A DNA stretch of 64,000 bases, taken from contig JAANOX010000080.1 of NCBI GenBank assembly GCA_020184695.1, forward strand, positions 62,001 through 126,000. The letters are read 5' to 3'. Source of the stretch: Histomonas meleagridis 2922-C6/04-290x. Its lineage: Eukaryota; Protista; Parabasalia. The position numbers and the translations under genes were made by a program. Positions 11,198-22,643 of the stretch are shown here, piece after piece; position 1 is the first letter of the stretch; each line of letters begins with the position of its first letter. The notes under the pieces were generated by a model. That model was not told the origin of the DNA and did no database searches. It saw nothing but the letters and a program-made list of their open reading frames with translations.

Positions 11198-11892
11198 TTA
11201 CTCGGAAATTGCTTTTCTATAATAAACTTATGAAAAATGTTTATCGTAAATTTTTGAATTGATTACTTCAAAGTGAATTTCCTCCATCCCTATTAAGTGA
11301 TAAATAATATTTTTATAATGAGTTCTTAATTCACTTGTATACTGCGCTTCTTGTGTATGATTTAATTAATGATTCGATTTTAATTTATGGATATAACTTA
11401 TCAAATTGATCGCAAAGGTTAACATTATTTTTTTTATTAACTAATAAAACTTATGAAATTCTTGTGAATTTTAAAGGTTGAATTATAATCAAAATACATC
11501 TACATTGAGTTGTTAAATAAAAAAAAAATTTGCGATATATTTTCATATGTAAAGTCGTGGTTAAGATTATATATGAAATTTTAACTGTTTATAAATATTT
11601 GCTGCACATACATTTTATATAAAACATAATGCTGAAATCATATAACATTAAATAATTCTAAACGTTCAATAAATTCAATCAAAAACATTATCATCGTGAT
11701 GATATCATGTAATTTGTATTCACTACATTACGAATCCAAGATCGCTTCATCATTTATTGTTTGATATTATCTCCTTTTAAATAAAAATAATTAATTAATG
11801 TTATTAAACTGATGTAAACCATTAGCTTTTGTAAACGATCACTTGGTCAGATTAACTTCGTTACAACACATTTTAAGTACTTTACAAAGAAG

Positions 11893-13122
11893 ATGAAGGA
11901 AAACTACAGCTCTTCTTTCGAAACATTCAAAAATGCAAAAAACGCGAATTCTTTCCTTTACAAGTCATCCATCAACAGGCTTAAGGAGTTGGATGGCTAC
12001 TTTGAAACCATTTCAAATAGTTTTTCGTCAATCGATCATATTTTACCCGTTCACAGCAATAACCAGAACGAATCCAACGAAACCGAGCCAAAGCCCACTA
12101 AGCGCACATTGTCTCAAGCCTGGAACGAAATTTCCGACATCTTTTTCAACGATATGTCTATTCTCAATCGTTACCACAACATTCTGAAAACGCTTTTAAT
12201 TCCGCGTCTTGAGAATTTGATTGATAATTACGCACAAAAAAACGAAGCCATTGACTCCAAATTTCAAGAAGCCGCTCACAATCTCGATAAAGTCACCACA
12301 GAATTCAACACAGCGCAAACAGAATACAAAAAATTTTGCGAATTAATTGAATCTCTTCATTCGGCACTTGTTGTGGATCCAAACAAGCAAAAGATCAGAG
12401 ATCAGCTCAACGACAAAAAATTCGAGTTCAAAAAGATACAAGAAACAGCGTACAAAAGCGTCGATAATTATAACATTACTCTGGATACCTTCTTTTCTAC
12501 ATCAGAGCAATGCTTAACTCATTATGAACAATGTGATAAAGAACGCGAAGATTCAATATCAAAGTTATACATAACATTTGCCGAAGAAATGTCGAATCTT
12601 TCGCAGTCGATTAAGGATAACCTCAGTACTTTCCTATCTGAAATAGATACCATTAATAGCCAAGATGAAATCGATGAAGAACTTGGAGATGATATAGAAG
12701 CCGATGTCACTTTCGATAAAGCTGTGAATTTCGGCGTTCCAAAATTTAATTTTAATATAAGTGAATACATTGACGGAAATGAAATCTTTGCAGATGCAAT
12801 GAAACAATATGAATGCATATTAAATGTTGAGCACCCGCATATGACTGTTGGGGAAACTTATAATGTAATACAAAGTGATGAAGTTGAATCAACTGTTGTG
12901 GCATCAAATGGTGTAACATTTCAGGTTCCAAATGAGAAAATTAGCAAAAAATATCCAAACTATAATAGAAGAGTTTGCAGAGTAAATCAACAAGTTGATA
13001 AGAATGAGCTTCAGGCACTCGTAGGTGAACCAGTGTTAATTATGTATTCAACAGAAGGAATCGGTCATTGTATGAATATATATGGAGAAGAAGGAAACAT
13101 ATCAATGGAAAAGCTCTTGTAA
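11893..13122 (+). CDS. F-BAR/FCH-type coiled-coil protein with degenerate SH3-like C-terminus
   Basis: Helical N-terminal ~270 aa with an F-BAR-like pattern; C-terminal ELQALVGEPVLIM...EEGNIS is SH3-like. Confidence 0.55.
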   Translation: MKENYSSSFETFKNAKNANSFLYKSSINRLKELDGYFETISNSFSSIDHILPVHSNNQNESNETEPKPTKRTLSQAWNEISDIFFNDMSILNRYHNILKTLLIPRLENLIDNYAQKNEAIDSKFQEAAHNLDKVTTEFNTAQTEYKKFCELIESLHSALVVDPNKQKIRDQLNDKKFEFKKIQETAYKSVDNYNITLDTFFSTSEQCLTHYEQCDKEREDSISKLYITFAEEMSNLSQSIKDNLSTFLSEIDTINSQDEIDEELGDDIEADVTFDKAVNFGVPKFNFNISEYIDGNEIFADAMKQYECILNVEHPHMTVGETYNVIQSDEVESTVVASNGVTFQVPNEKISKKYPNYNRRVCRVNQQVDKNELQALVGEPVLIMYSTEGIGHCMNIYGEEGNISMEKLL

Positions 13123-13600
13123 ATAAACAATAAATTGTTTGTTCCCATCAAATTTTAGAAAATTAATTTGTACATCAAAGTTTGATTTGGCGGTTTCATA
13201 TATAAATTTCATTTTTATAAATATTAAAAACAGAAATTAAATACATTCTAATTTAAATACATTCCATAAATGGAACAATTGATGAAAGAAATTTTCAAAA
13301 ACTTATAGAATATGAAAAAACATTTGATTTACATTTATCATTAAATATTCAATTAAGAAACAAAATAACAATCACGCATTGCAATGTATTCTTTAATTAA
13401 TCCGCAACCAAATTCTCAAAAACAAATAAATTCATCAATTCATTATGACGAAAGAAATTAATATTCAAATGGAGCAAAAAAATAAAAAAGCAATTGAATC
13501 ACATTTATTCATTTAAGGAGTGCTAAATAACTTCAAAAATTTCAAAGACAAAATACCAAATATGTGTTACACATTAAAACAAAATCATTTAACTTATTGT

Positions 13601-14544
13601 TTAGTATCCATCACCATAGAATTCAGTTCCGAACATTTTCTGGAACCAGAATATTCTTCCGTAGCAGTTTAAGTTCTTCATCTTTTGGAATTGTTCCTTC
13701 GACAATTCGAAGTCGAGTTGGAAGTTTTCGCGGATTCTTGATGGCGTCATGCTCTTTGGCACCACGGATACCATTGGGGAGAGCTGTGTCAAGAACTTCA
13801 GTATGACTTGTGCTGGCGTCCTTCCGAGCTCTTTAGCGATTTCGTTGACGACTGGATCTTCGAGTAAAATTTTAGGCTTCTGCTTGTCGTCTTGGAACAC
13901 GCCTTGCTTCACGTTTCCTGGTGAGCCAAGTGGTGAATAGCATGTGAAATGGATTCCGCGTTTTTCGAGATATTCAATGAGTGCATCATTTTGAAGGTAT
14001 GGATGGCATTCGCATTGGATTGCATATGGCTGGATCTTGATTCCTGGTGTGAATCGGATCTTTTCGATAAGCTCAATTGAGACATTGCACATTCCGATAT
14101 GACGTGTTAATCCTTTTTCGACTAATTGTTCCATTGCCTTCCATGTGTCAACCATTGGAATGTCGACAATTTTGATTTTTCCTGATTCGTCTTTGGGGAA
14201 TAAATCATCTGGGCTGTATTCAAAGCTAAGTGGTTGGTGAACAAGGAATAAGTCAAGGTATTCGAGCTGAAGATCTTTAAGTGATTTGCGGATACTTTCT
14301 TCAACATGTGCTGGTCATGATGTGCTGACCATAACTTAGATGTGACCCAAAGTTCTTCACGTTTAACAACTCCTGTGTCAATCATTTCTTTGATAGCACG
14401 ACCGACTGATGCTTCGTTTTGATAAGAAAATGCACAATCGATATGGCGATAACCTGCCTTGATAGCTTCTTTGACAGCATTTTCGACAACTTCTGATTCT
14501 GGTACACTCCATGTTCCGAAGCCAACTTTTGGAATTTCTTGCAT
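13601..14544 (-). CDS. Aldo-keto reductase, split by a 1-nt deletion near 14312-14314 (assembly error or recent pseudogene)
   Basis: GFGTW, YRHIDCA and TSKLW in the first ORF. Adding one C (GAC C[C]A GCA) restores HDPAHVEESIRKSLKDLQLEYLDLFLVHQP and joins it to ...GLTRHIGMCN...ECHPYL...YSPLG...PKS.TPSRIRENF. Confidence 0.9.
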
Positions 14545-15005
14545 TAAATAAAGTGAATTAAACTTTACGATAAATATTCGACGAAGATTCCGACATTGAA
14601 AACTTATCGGATAACCGTTTTTATTCGGATTTTTTTATTTGAATTTTCAATATTGATATTCGTAAACTATAGAAACATTCGTGATAAAACGTGCTTATTC
14701 AACCCACCCGAAATTTGTGCAACCACTTTTTTATATCACGAATCACTGCATCTTACTCATAGGTATTTTAGATAAAAAAGTTACAAAATATATTCTTATG
14801 GTGGATACTGCCTATTTTTTGGTATCATTATTCATATTTTATGAAAATTGCATATGATTCTTTTCATCTAACGACATCTTAAATCTTTTTTTCTGTCTAT
14901 ACAGATTAATCTACCCCAATTGATAAAAGAAATATTTCTCATTTTAGATATAATGATTGAATTTTTTATGAATTTCAAAAGCTACATCAAAAAAATGCAA
15001 AAAAT

Positions 15006-15077
15006 TGTCTCCGGGCAGGATCGAACTGCCGTCAAGAGCGTGTTAAACTCCTATTCTAACCATTAGACTACGGAGAC
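15006..15077 (-). tRNA. tRNA-Val(AAC)
   Basis: GTCTCCG/CGGAGAC acceptor stem, anticodon loop TT-AAC-AC, T-arm GGCAG TTCGATC CTGCC. Confidence 0.93.
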
Positions 15078-15383
15078 TTCTGATTATTTTATCAGTGAAA
15101 AATTCTTCATTTATATTCCTTTGAGTAAATTCTGAAGATTGTTATGTTGAACAAAATATAAGTGGAATAACAAGATAATAAATTATATCCCATGCTCCAT
15201 GTGAACTTGTGCAACTTGATATTTATTAAAAACTTGATAAATAAGTTTCCAAATATCTAATATATTTTTGTGTGTGTGTGCGATGAATTCTGTTTCATTT
15301 ATATTTGGTTAGATCGTGAAAATATTTATAAAAATATTTCTCGATTTTCCTCAACCAAAAAACCATTAAAAACATAATCTATT

Positions 15384-17123
15384 TTATACATCCTCTACCA
15401 GTTTTTGTACATCCATTAGTCCAAATCCAAATTCGTATATTTCAATTGCCTGTGTGATTTCATCATCGAATACATCTTTCTCCTTCCTCATCACCTGTGC
15501 GAGGAATCCTCTGTACTTCTTCATTGCTTCGAGTGGATTTTCTTCTACGGACACTTTGGCTATAACAGATCTTACAATTGAAATTGCAATTAATCGTGAC
15601 ATATATATTCGGTGATTATTATGCTCTTCTATTGTGCTTGGCATTGCAAGGGCGTCCGCAATTTCGTTTGACAAGAAGTTTTTGCTGTGAACAGGAGATG
15701 TGAAATCCCAATGATCATAAAGAAACCATTTCATCCCATTGTTAACGTCACTACTGTGGTTGTCGGGAAATTGTAGCATCACCGACTTTACTTCGTTAAC
15801 TTGTAGGATATCTCGAAGCATCATTAGATATAACATATCATCAAAAACAGACCAAGTTTTTGGAGAGTCGCTTTCTATAGAATTCTCTCGATAGCTGCGA
15901 GCAAACATAGAAAGGGTTCTATTAATTTTGTCTTGAATTGGCTTTTTGCTCTCGAGAACATCGCACACAAACTCAACAAAAACGTATGAATCTGAACCTG
16001 TTTGATCAGGAAGCATTTTGCACACGCTAACAATGAAATCGTTGGGTTCTAAGTCGCATATAGCTTCGTCACCTTCAAGATAATTCATCAATGAGTCTCT
16101 AACTTTTTTCAGATTCTCATCTATCTGTGCTACGTTGGTGGAATGCACATTTATTGGAATGTCATATAGCCATTGGTTTCTGATTTCTTCAACATCCTTG
16201 AGCAAAAAGTGCAGTCTTGACGGCAGTTTCTGTGAAATAATTGAATCAAACCGGTTCCAGAGTGAAGTTGGCACTTTCTTCGTAAAATCTCTTCCAACTC
16301 CAGCAACAAAAGAACTGAGCATGTCAACGTATTGCTCTTTTACACCATCCCTTTCAATGTGGCTGAGTAAAATATCAAGAAAATGATTACCTTCATCGTT
16401 CGGAATCAGATTATGATAAATCAAAGATGAAAGGAATTTGGAATAGCCAACAGCAAAGTGTACAGAATTATTGTTGATGGATTCACTGCATTTTAGAAAT
16501 TGAGTTTTAGCTTCAGAGAGAATTGAATTCTTTAAATCAGACATAGATAAATGTGAACAAAATTCTCCATAAAGAGTCGAAAATAAATGCTCTTGGCCAG
16601 CTTTAGAAACTATAAGTTTTGCTGCAAAATCGATTTGTGCTGGATTTTTGAGAATTGATTCTAATTCTTTAACTGAAGAATTAATATTTGATTTAGTAAT
16701 CCTGTTGAAAAGAGATATGACTCTGTTGCGAAAGGCTTCCTCTGAGTTGTCGTCCCATAGACCAAGATCTTTTATAATTTTTGTTGTTCGGAATGTAGTT
16801 TGAGAAACCACTTTAAGCTCTGATTTTGGGGAAGAGTAGTTTGATTTAGAACCATTTCTTATTAATTTTTTGGGAGATTGTTTGTGAAAATTTTGTTGAT
16901 TATTAATGTAATCAAGCAAAGAAATAAACCCACGAGATGGGTTTTTCTTCATGGCGTTTGATTGTGGCAGTTTTTCCCCAATTAATTTCAATTCATCGAT
17001 AGTATATTTACGAGATTCTAAAAAATCTGTGTTAAATTTGCTTATAAAATCACTGCCCTCTTCGAATTGATATGGAACGTATATAGAAGGCGATGGGAGC
17101 TGGAGTTTTGTCGTTTTGCTCAT
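15384..17123 (-). CDS. MIF4G-domain protein, eIF4G-like
   Basis: FRNRVISLFNRITKSN...IVSKAGQEHLFSTLYGEFC is a MIF4G signature; N-terminal RKYTIDELKLI resembles a YxxxxL eIF4E-binding motif. Confidence 0.75.
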   Translation of the reverse strand: MSKTTKLQLPSPSIYVPYQFEEGSDFISKFNTDFLESRKYTIDELKLIGEKLPQSNAMKKNPSRGFISLLDYINNQQNFHKQSPKKLIRNGSKSNYSSPKSELKVVSQTTFRTTKIIKDLGLWDDNSEEAFRNRVISLFNRITKSNINSSVKELESILKNPAQIDFAAKLIVSKAGQEHLFSTLYGEFCSHLSMSDLKNSILSEAKTQFLKCSESINNNSVHFAVGYSKFLSSLIYHNLIPNDEGNHFLDILLSHIERDGVKEQYVDMLSSFVAGVGRDFTKKVPTSLWNRFDSIISQKLPSRLHFLLKDVEEIRNQWLYDIPINVHSTNVAQIDENLKKVRDSLMNYLEGDEAICDLEPNDFIVSVCKMLPDQTGSDSYVFVEFVCDVLESKKPIQDKINRTLSMFARSYRENSIESDSPKTWSVFDDMLYLMMLRDILQVNEVKSVMLQFPDNHSSDVNNGMKWFLYDHWDFTSPVHSKNFLSNEIADALAMPSTIEEHNNHRIYMSRLIAISIVRSVIAKVSVEENPLEAMKKYRGFLAQVMRKEKDVFDDEITQAIEIYEFGFGLMDVQKLVEDV

Positions 17124-17685
17124 GCGTTTCCTCCAGATTTTTCAGAAGAAAGTGAAATCTTCAGAATTGAAAGTTCTTTTTGATATGTTATCTGGTCTGG
17201 CAAACATTCAAAAGTGAAATTTGACGTGATTCTTCACAATTTAACGTTTTCCTTATATTGCACGAAATAGTTTACTGTTGTAGCACGAAATTGTTAATAA
17301 ATATAAAAATATTTAAAATTTTATCTTTATGTCCTTTTTGAATAATGCATTTTCTTGTATGGAGAATTAAGAACTTTTCATCATTGAATTTTTTTAAGTT
17401 AATTATTGAGCTTGAAAAAAAATCTATGTTATGTTTCATATGTTACATAATCATTTTTAAATAATTTGGTTAATTTCATAACAGTAAGAGATGATAGGAA
17501 ACTCTTGAGTCTTAATATACTTTAAGCTAACTCTTTTGAAAATTGAACGGGAAATAATCGTTCTTAAGTCAATTTCCCACTGGATTAAAAAAACTTTTTT
17601 TTCAAAAAAATGTCAAAATAATTTTGATCACCATTTACTATGTTTAATCTGTTTAAATAAAACCCATTAGAAAAACCATGTCCGC

Positions 17686-18318
17686 TTAATGGGATTCTTG
17701 TTCATGTGGGGCATCTTGCTTTTCGACATGTGGTGGCTTAATATCTTGACGAACTGGTCCTTCCTTCTGTAAAATGTAATGTACTGTCTGTTTCCCGCCA
17801 CTATTTTCTTCTGAACTTATAACTGAATTATGTTTTGTATAATCAATTCTGGTTTGTAAAGGCAAATGAATACACTCACAAAACTTTGAACAAATTTCCT
17901 GACGAAGGTTTTCGTCATCAGCTGTTTTGTGCCAAACGGAGATATTGAAAAATTTTTGTCGACAAGAAATTAAAATTCCAATAACATCCTCCGGAAGTCT
18001 CTCACCAATTAGAGCAAGAACCAATTGTTCCCAATAATAAGGACCCATTCCTTTAGAAACACGGAATAAAAATGAGCCACCATCTTTATGTTCAGGATCT
18101 TCTCTCATTGCTCTGGAAGTTCCTCTAAAAACATGAAGTGCACCATGAATTGGAAGAGAGGATGGACGAATGATATGAGAATACGCTTTCCAAAAATCTT
18201 CAATACTTGAGAAGCGAGCGAGAAGTTTAATGTGCTCTGTGTAACTTTCTGGAGGTTCTTCATGTGTTGGCATTGTGAATCCATACAAAGACCATTCACT
18301 TTTCAAGAGGTGCTTCAT
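17686..18318 (-). CDS. eIF4E: Eukaryotic translation initiation factor 4E family
   Basis: HLLKSEWSLY, FSSIEDFW, HVFRGTSRAMREDPEHKDGG, WEQLVLALIGE and ISVW motifs. First ATG at 18318 (ORF track starts at a TTG). Confidence 0.92.
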   Translation of the reverse strand: MKHLLKSEWSLYGFTMPTHEEPPESYTEHIKLLARFSSIEDFWKAYSHIIRPSSLPIHGALHVFRGTSRAMREDPEHKDGGSFLFRVSKGMGPYYWEQLVLALIGERLPEDVIGILISCRQKFFNISVWHKTADDENLRQEICSKFCECIHLPLQTRIDYTKHNSVISSEENSGGKQTVHYILQKEGPVRQDIKPPHVEKQDAPHEQESH

Positions 18319-18771
18319 AAGCAAAGGCTACACATAAACGGTTTCCTACATAACCTGCTTTTGGCATAGTTGTAAATAACCTGTGGAACTTAAGCTTGAG
18401 TATATTTGGATTCCATGCTAAAAATGAAGTTATTCATCAATTGTTGTGTCTTCACACATGAGGAAAAAGCAACTTGGCCGGATGTTCATCCAATAAAACA
18501 GAAAACTGTCAAACAGTTCTGTCAAAAAAATTGATTAATTTACGAAAAGTGGTAAAATAATGAAAAATATGAAATATGTACACAATTTTATTTAAAATTT
18601 TTTGTTCATTTAACATTTATTCAATAAGTATAGAAGGAAAATTGATGGCTTGTGGAATAATTATTTTTTAGTTGGTGAATTTAAAATTCTAATTTAGAAT
18701 TTGTGTTATTCAATTAATTTCACATTTGCTACTTGGTTTGTCCAATCGGGGCTTCAGATTAACAGCAGGCT

Positions 18772-19328
18772 CTATTCAGGAAACTGTAAAGCAGTCCTAG
18801 CAGCTGTAATAAATACTTCATTGACATTATCACATTCCAACGCTGAACATTCAACGTAATCTTTGGCTTGTATTTTCTCTTTTACTTCTTCGATTTTCTT
18901 GGGTGAAATTATTTTATCCGTTATGACTTCTTTTCTTAAAATTTCATCACGAAGTTCACTTTTTGTTCCAACCAAAATGATTGGTGAAGTGGGACAATAA
19001 TTTCTGATTTTTGGAACCCAAATGGAAAGGTTTTCAAGTGATTCCAAATTAACAAGTGAAAAACATAGAAGAAAAACATCAGTTTTTGGGTATGCAACGA
19101 ATTGAATTTCTCCATATGCGTCATATATGTAAAGATTATTGTTTGGTCATCCACTAATATTTTTTTATAATAAGGATCAATCATTCGGTTGAGTTTTGGT
19201 TCTGTTGGGAATGCACCAGAAACATACGTTAAAATAAGGCTTGTTTTACCAACAAACCCATCGCCAACGAGAAAACACTTTATTGATTTTTCTTGGCTTT
19301 CCAAAACAATTATTCTTTGGTTTGCCAA
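18772..19328 (-). pseudogene. Degenerate Rho/Rac-family GTPase (frameshift ~19136, no ATG start)
   Basis: GDGFVGKTSL P-loop. One missing A joins the frames as QTINLYIYDAYGEIQFVAYPKTDVFLLCFSLVNLESLEN...ILVGTKSELR...YVECSAL. G3 is DAYG, G4 is TKSE, and the start codon is TTG. Confidence 0.75.
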
Positions 19329-19587
19329 AGTGATAGAAAAACGAAAAGAAGAAATCTCTTCTTACAATAAAATTAGATTCTGGTTTTCGCTAATAAAACT
19401 CATCAAGTTATGGTGAGTTCAACGAAAGTTGTAGAACTATATACAAATTTACCCACACGAGTATTTTTACTCATGAAATTCCGGATTTGATCGTTTTATA
19501 TTGAAAGCACATTTGAAAAGATTCACAGTCTGTGTTTGCAATTTGTGATAAAATTTATCGTTCTATCTAGCACCAGAAAAAAGCCGT

Positions 19588-20484
19588 ATGAACACCATAG
19601 ACGCAATCACTGAGATGTCTCTTCCGAGCCAGTTTTGGAATGCTCTTTCAAGAGACGACCAAGAAGAGTTTATCCGCCTCAGAACAAGTTTTCATAATGG
19701 CCAAAAAATCTCTTCTAAAGATAGAAGAATTGTTACTTTTAGCAAAGAACTTAATATTGTTCTAAGATTCTTAGAGCGATCAGAGCAAAATCAAGAAGCC
19801 CGCTGTATTTTAACAGGAATTTGTTTTGTAGGACCAATTATCTGTGTCAATAACAGGCAATTAAAAGCTTTCTTAAGTCGTTGCAAATCATCTATCAATG
19901 GTAGTTTCCAACAACTCGGGTATGTTGCTCTCAAAACAAAATCAAAAGCAAGAAATTGTGTAATTTCGGCCTTGCCAATGCTTCAATCACATCCAAACAT
20001 CCTAAAACAATGGACTGTACGTTGTGCCTCTGACAAAACGAAGTTTTGTTTTGTTTCTTCTTTCACCAATGTCCAAATGCCAGAAATTTTAGATGAAGAT
20101 CTTTATGACGAAAAACAAAACAACCATCAAAAAATGCAAGCGAAGCAGTTTCCGGCAACTGCTCATCAATATCAATACAATTATCTTAATCAAATCCAAC
20201 CAATTCGCCAAACATTTATGGCACGGCAACCTCTCCAAATACAACAGCTCGACGACGACTTGCCAACAATTGATGATCTTTCTCCAGAAACCGGATTTGG
20301 TGACATATCTACTATGCCGTCATCAATTTCAGTGGACAATTTCTCGGAGTATGACACGCTTTGGAGTGACTTCCAGAACCAAAGTGAAGATCCGTTCCAA
20401 CGCGCATCAACAGGACTTGCTCGATCTGAATCTGCATTTATTCAGATTAGCCAATGGGATCCATTCTCAGACAATCCTTTTTAA
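19588..20484 (+). CDS. Initiator-binding-domain (IBD, IBP39-family) transcription factor
   Basis: FWNALSRDDQEEFIRLR...GICFVG.IICVNNRQLK..LSRCKSSINGSFQQLGY...WTVR, the parabasalid-specific IBD winged helix. Confidence 0.88.
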   Translation: MNTIDAITEMSLPSQFWNALSRDDQEEFIRLRTSFHNGQKISSKDRRIVTFSKELNIVLRFLERSEQNQEARCILTGICFVGPIICVNNRQLKAFLSRCKSSINGSFQQLGYVALKTKSKARNCVISALPMLQSHPNILKQWTVRCASDKTKFCFVSSFTNVQMPEILDEDLYDEKQNNHQKMQAKQFPATAHQYQYNYLNQIQPIRQTFMARQPLQIQQLDDDLPTIDDLSPETGFGDISTMPSSISVDNFSEYDTLWSDFQNQSEDPFQRASTGLARSESAFIQISQWDPFSDNPF

Positions 20485-20906
20485 TTGTATAAACATTATG
20501 GTACCATATGGTGTTTAACCACAGGTAAAATAACAACAAACAAATTTATATAAAAATTTTGTTGTACAACTTTGACATGCTGTGAATTTTATATATAAAA
20601 CCGCTGAAACTGGTTACGAAAACAATTGTTTCTGGATGTTTTTTGTTAAAAGAATTTATAAAGGTTTCCCAAACACTTCAGTTTTTGAATATGAATCCGA
20701 TGATTTTTCATTCATTTGATTCTATCGTTGGGAAACCTTTCTGCAACCACTTTATATTAGTGAAATTGATTCTAAATTTAGAATAGCTTTTTACTTTATT
20801 TTTTAGTTAGGTTAAAAAGTTTCAAATAGATGTAAATTAATTTATTTTAATATTTTTTTTCTCTGTCCTTCAATTAATGGTGTCAATTTTAAATACATCA
20901 TCATTT

Positions 20907-22643
20907 TCATTGGTTGTTTTGCAGTGAGTTACCACTTGTTTCATGTTCTTTATAGTTTTTATTACTATAAAAATGATGTACTGCAAATGCTCCTCCAACA
21001 ACAATTCCAACAGCCAGCAAGCTACCAATACTTATTGTAATGTATTTATACATTGAATGTGATTTGGAATATTCTGAATTTTCGTGTGATGATTCTGATG
21101 CTGTTGTTGATTCCAATGTTGTTGTTAATGATATTGATTCTGGTGATTGTGAAAGAGAAGAAGTCGGCATTGGTGATTGTGAAAGAGAAGAAGTTGGCAT
21201 TGGTGATTGAGATGGTGAAAGAGAACGTGATGGTGATGGTGTCATTGGAGATATAAAGCAATGTTTTGTTTTACCAATATTTCCTGCACGGTCAATAGCT
21301 GCAATATGAAAATACTTCGAAGTTTGATAAGATTTTGCTTGATACGATGTTTGATCAGTAAATTTTTCATTTTTATCTCCCTTTATTTCAGTTGATTCCT
21401 TATCATCAATAATAAAATAATATCCTTTAATTCCTGTTATAACTTCTATATGTTTCACTTCTGAAAATCCTATAATATTTTTTATATTGTTATCTGGAAA
21501 TGCTTCAATTTTTAAATCATAAATAGTTCCTATATCTTCACCTATCCATGAAATTAGTTTTGAGTTTGAAGTATTATCTAAAGATGTAATCACTGGTGGT
21601 TCCAAATCAATAGTTGAATATGCAATAAAACTTGTTGAATGCGTTTTTTTCTTCATGGAATGTATTAAATTTACAAGTAATTTTATTTCATCATCGTTTA
21701 TCATTCCTAATGAATGACCTCCTTCAAACATTGCTGTATTTTTAAAAACTGAAAGATAGCTATTTTTATTATTAATTTCATGATGTCTTCCAATATCTGC
21801 ATTGCCGACCTGAATAAGTGTTTTACCAAATATTGTATCTTTTGATGTATGTGTTTGAAAAATTTCAATTTTACTACCTGCTTTCCCAATATAATATGGA
21901 TACAATGTTATATAATTCGTTTTCAAAATTGTTGCATAGTTCGCATGATTATCAACAGGCATTCCATCAACACCAAAGTAGTTTTTTGCTATGGGATTTA
22001 AAAATTCATTTTTTCCGAAATATGGATAAAAACATCCATAAGATACTATGAAACCTCCATCATTCTCAAGAAAAGGGACAATATATTTTTGAATTATATT
22101 GTAATCAATACCATAATTCGGAGGATCCCAAAACCCAAAAATAATAACATCATATTGATTAAGATTTGATGCAATGCTTTTCTCGAACTGATCAATGTTA
22201 ACTGATGTGACTTTAATAAATTTATCCCCTCCTTCCCCAAGTTTTCCTAATCCGTTATAAATGAAACTTTGTAACATTTTGATATTATCTCTGTCATTTG
22301 GGCAATACACTTGTCCTCCATCCATCCATTCTTTAAAAAGAGATGCCATATCAAACTCTTCATTTTTATCTGTTAAACATTTTCTTCCTGGTGTTTTTTG
22401 TGGACTTGCATCTGTCTTATTTGGATAAATATGTAATACATTAATGGTTTCACCTTTTGAATATGTAGATATCTCTTCCCAATTTTCATAACCTGTCTTT
22501 TGATATGCTATATATTGAATGTCATTACCATCAACTTTAGTCCAACTCAGATATGTACCTCCATATTGAGCTTCAGATGCAATAGTCAAAGATAAATCGA
22601 TTTTTTGATATCCTCTAATAACTGATAGAAACAAATAGAACAT
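20907..22643 (-). CDS. Type I membrane surface protein (signal peptide, GATase1/DUF5057-like ectodomain, S/P/T stalk, TM, short tail)
   Basis: Hydrophobic N-terminus, motifs IIFGFWD, GHS...DDEIKLLVNLI and YFHIAAIDRAGN, SPMPTSSLSQ stalk repeats, C-terminal TM. The domain name is inferred from remembered motif similarity. Confidence 0.65.
   Translation of the reverse strand: MFYLFLSVIRGYQKIDLSLTIASEAQYGGTYLSWTKVDGNDIQYIAYQKTGYENWEEISTYSKGETINVLHIYPNKTDASPQKTPGRKCLTDKNEEFDMASLFKEWMDGGQVYCPNDRDNIKMLQSFIYNGLGKLGEGGDKFIKVTSVNIDQFEKSIASNLNQYDVIIFGFWDPPNYGIDYNIIQKYIVPFLENDGGFIVSYGCFYPYFGKNEFLNPIAKNYFGVDGMPVDNHANYATILKTNYITLYPYYIGKAGSKIEIFQTHTSKDTIFGKTLIQVGNADIGRHHEINNKNSYLSVFKNTAMFEGGHSLGMINDDEIKLLVNLIHSMKKKTHSTSFIAYSTIDLEPPVITSLDNTSNSKLISWIGEDIGTIYDLKIEAFPDNNIKNIIGFSEVKHIEVITGIKGYYFIIDDKESTEIKGDKNEKFTDQTSYQAKSYQTSKYFHIAAIDRAGNIGKTKHCFISPMTPSPSRSLSPSQSPMPTSSLSQSPMPTSSLSQSPESISLTTTLESTTASESSHENSEYSKSHSMYKYITISIGSLLAVGIVVGGAFAVHHFYSNKNYKEHETSGNSLQNNQ
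21141..21209 (+). repeat. 30-bp coding tandem repeat x2.3 (SPMPTSSLSQ stalk)
   Basis: TGGTGATTGTGAAAGAGAAGAAGT(C/T)GGCAT units start at 21141, 21171 and 21201. Confidence 0.9.

Noticed and set aside
15268-15281. (TG)n microsatellite
   Set aside because: Short and ordinary.
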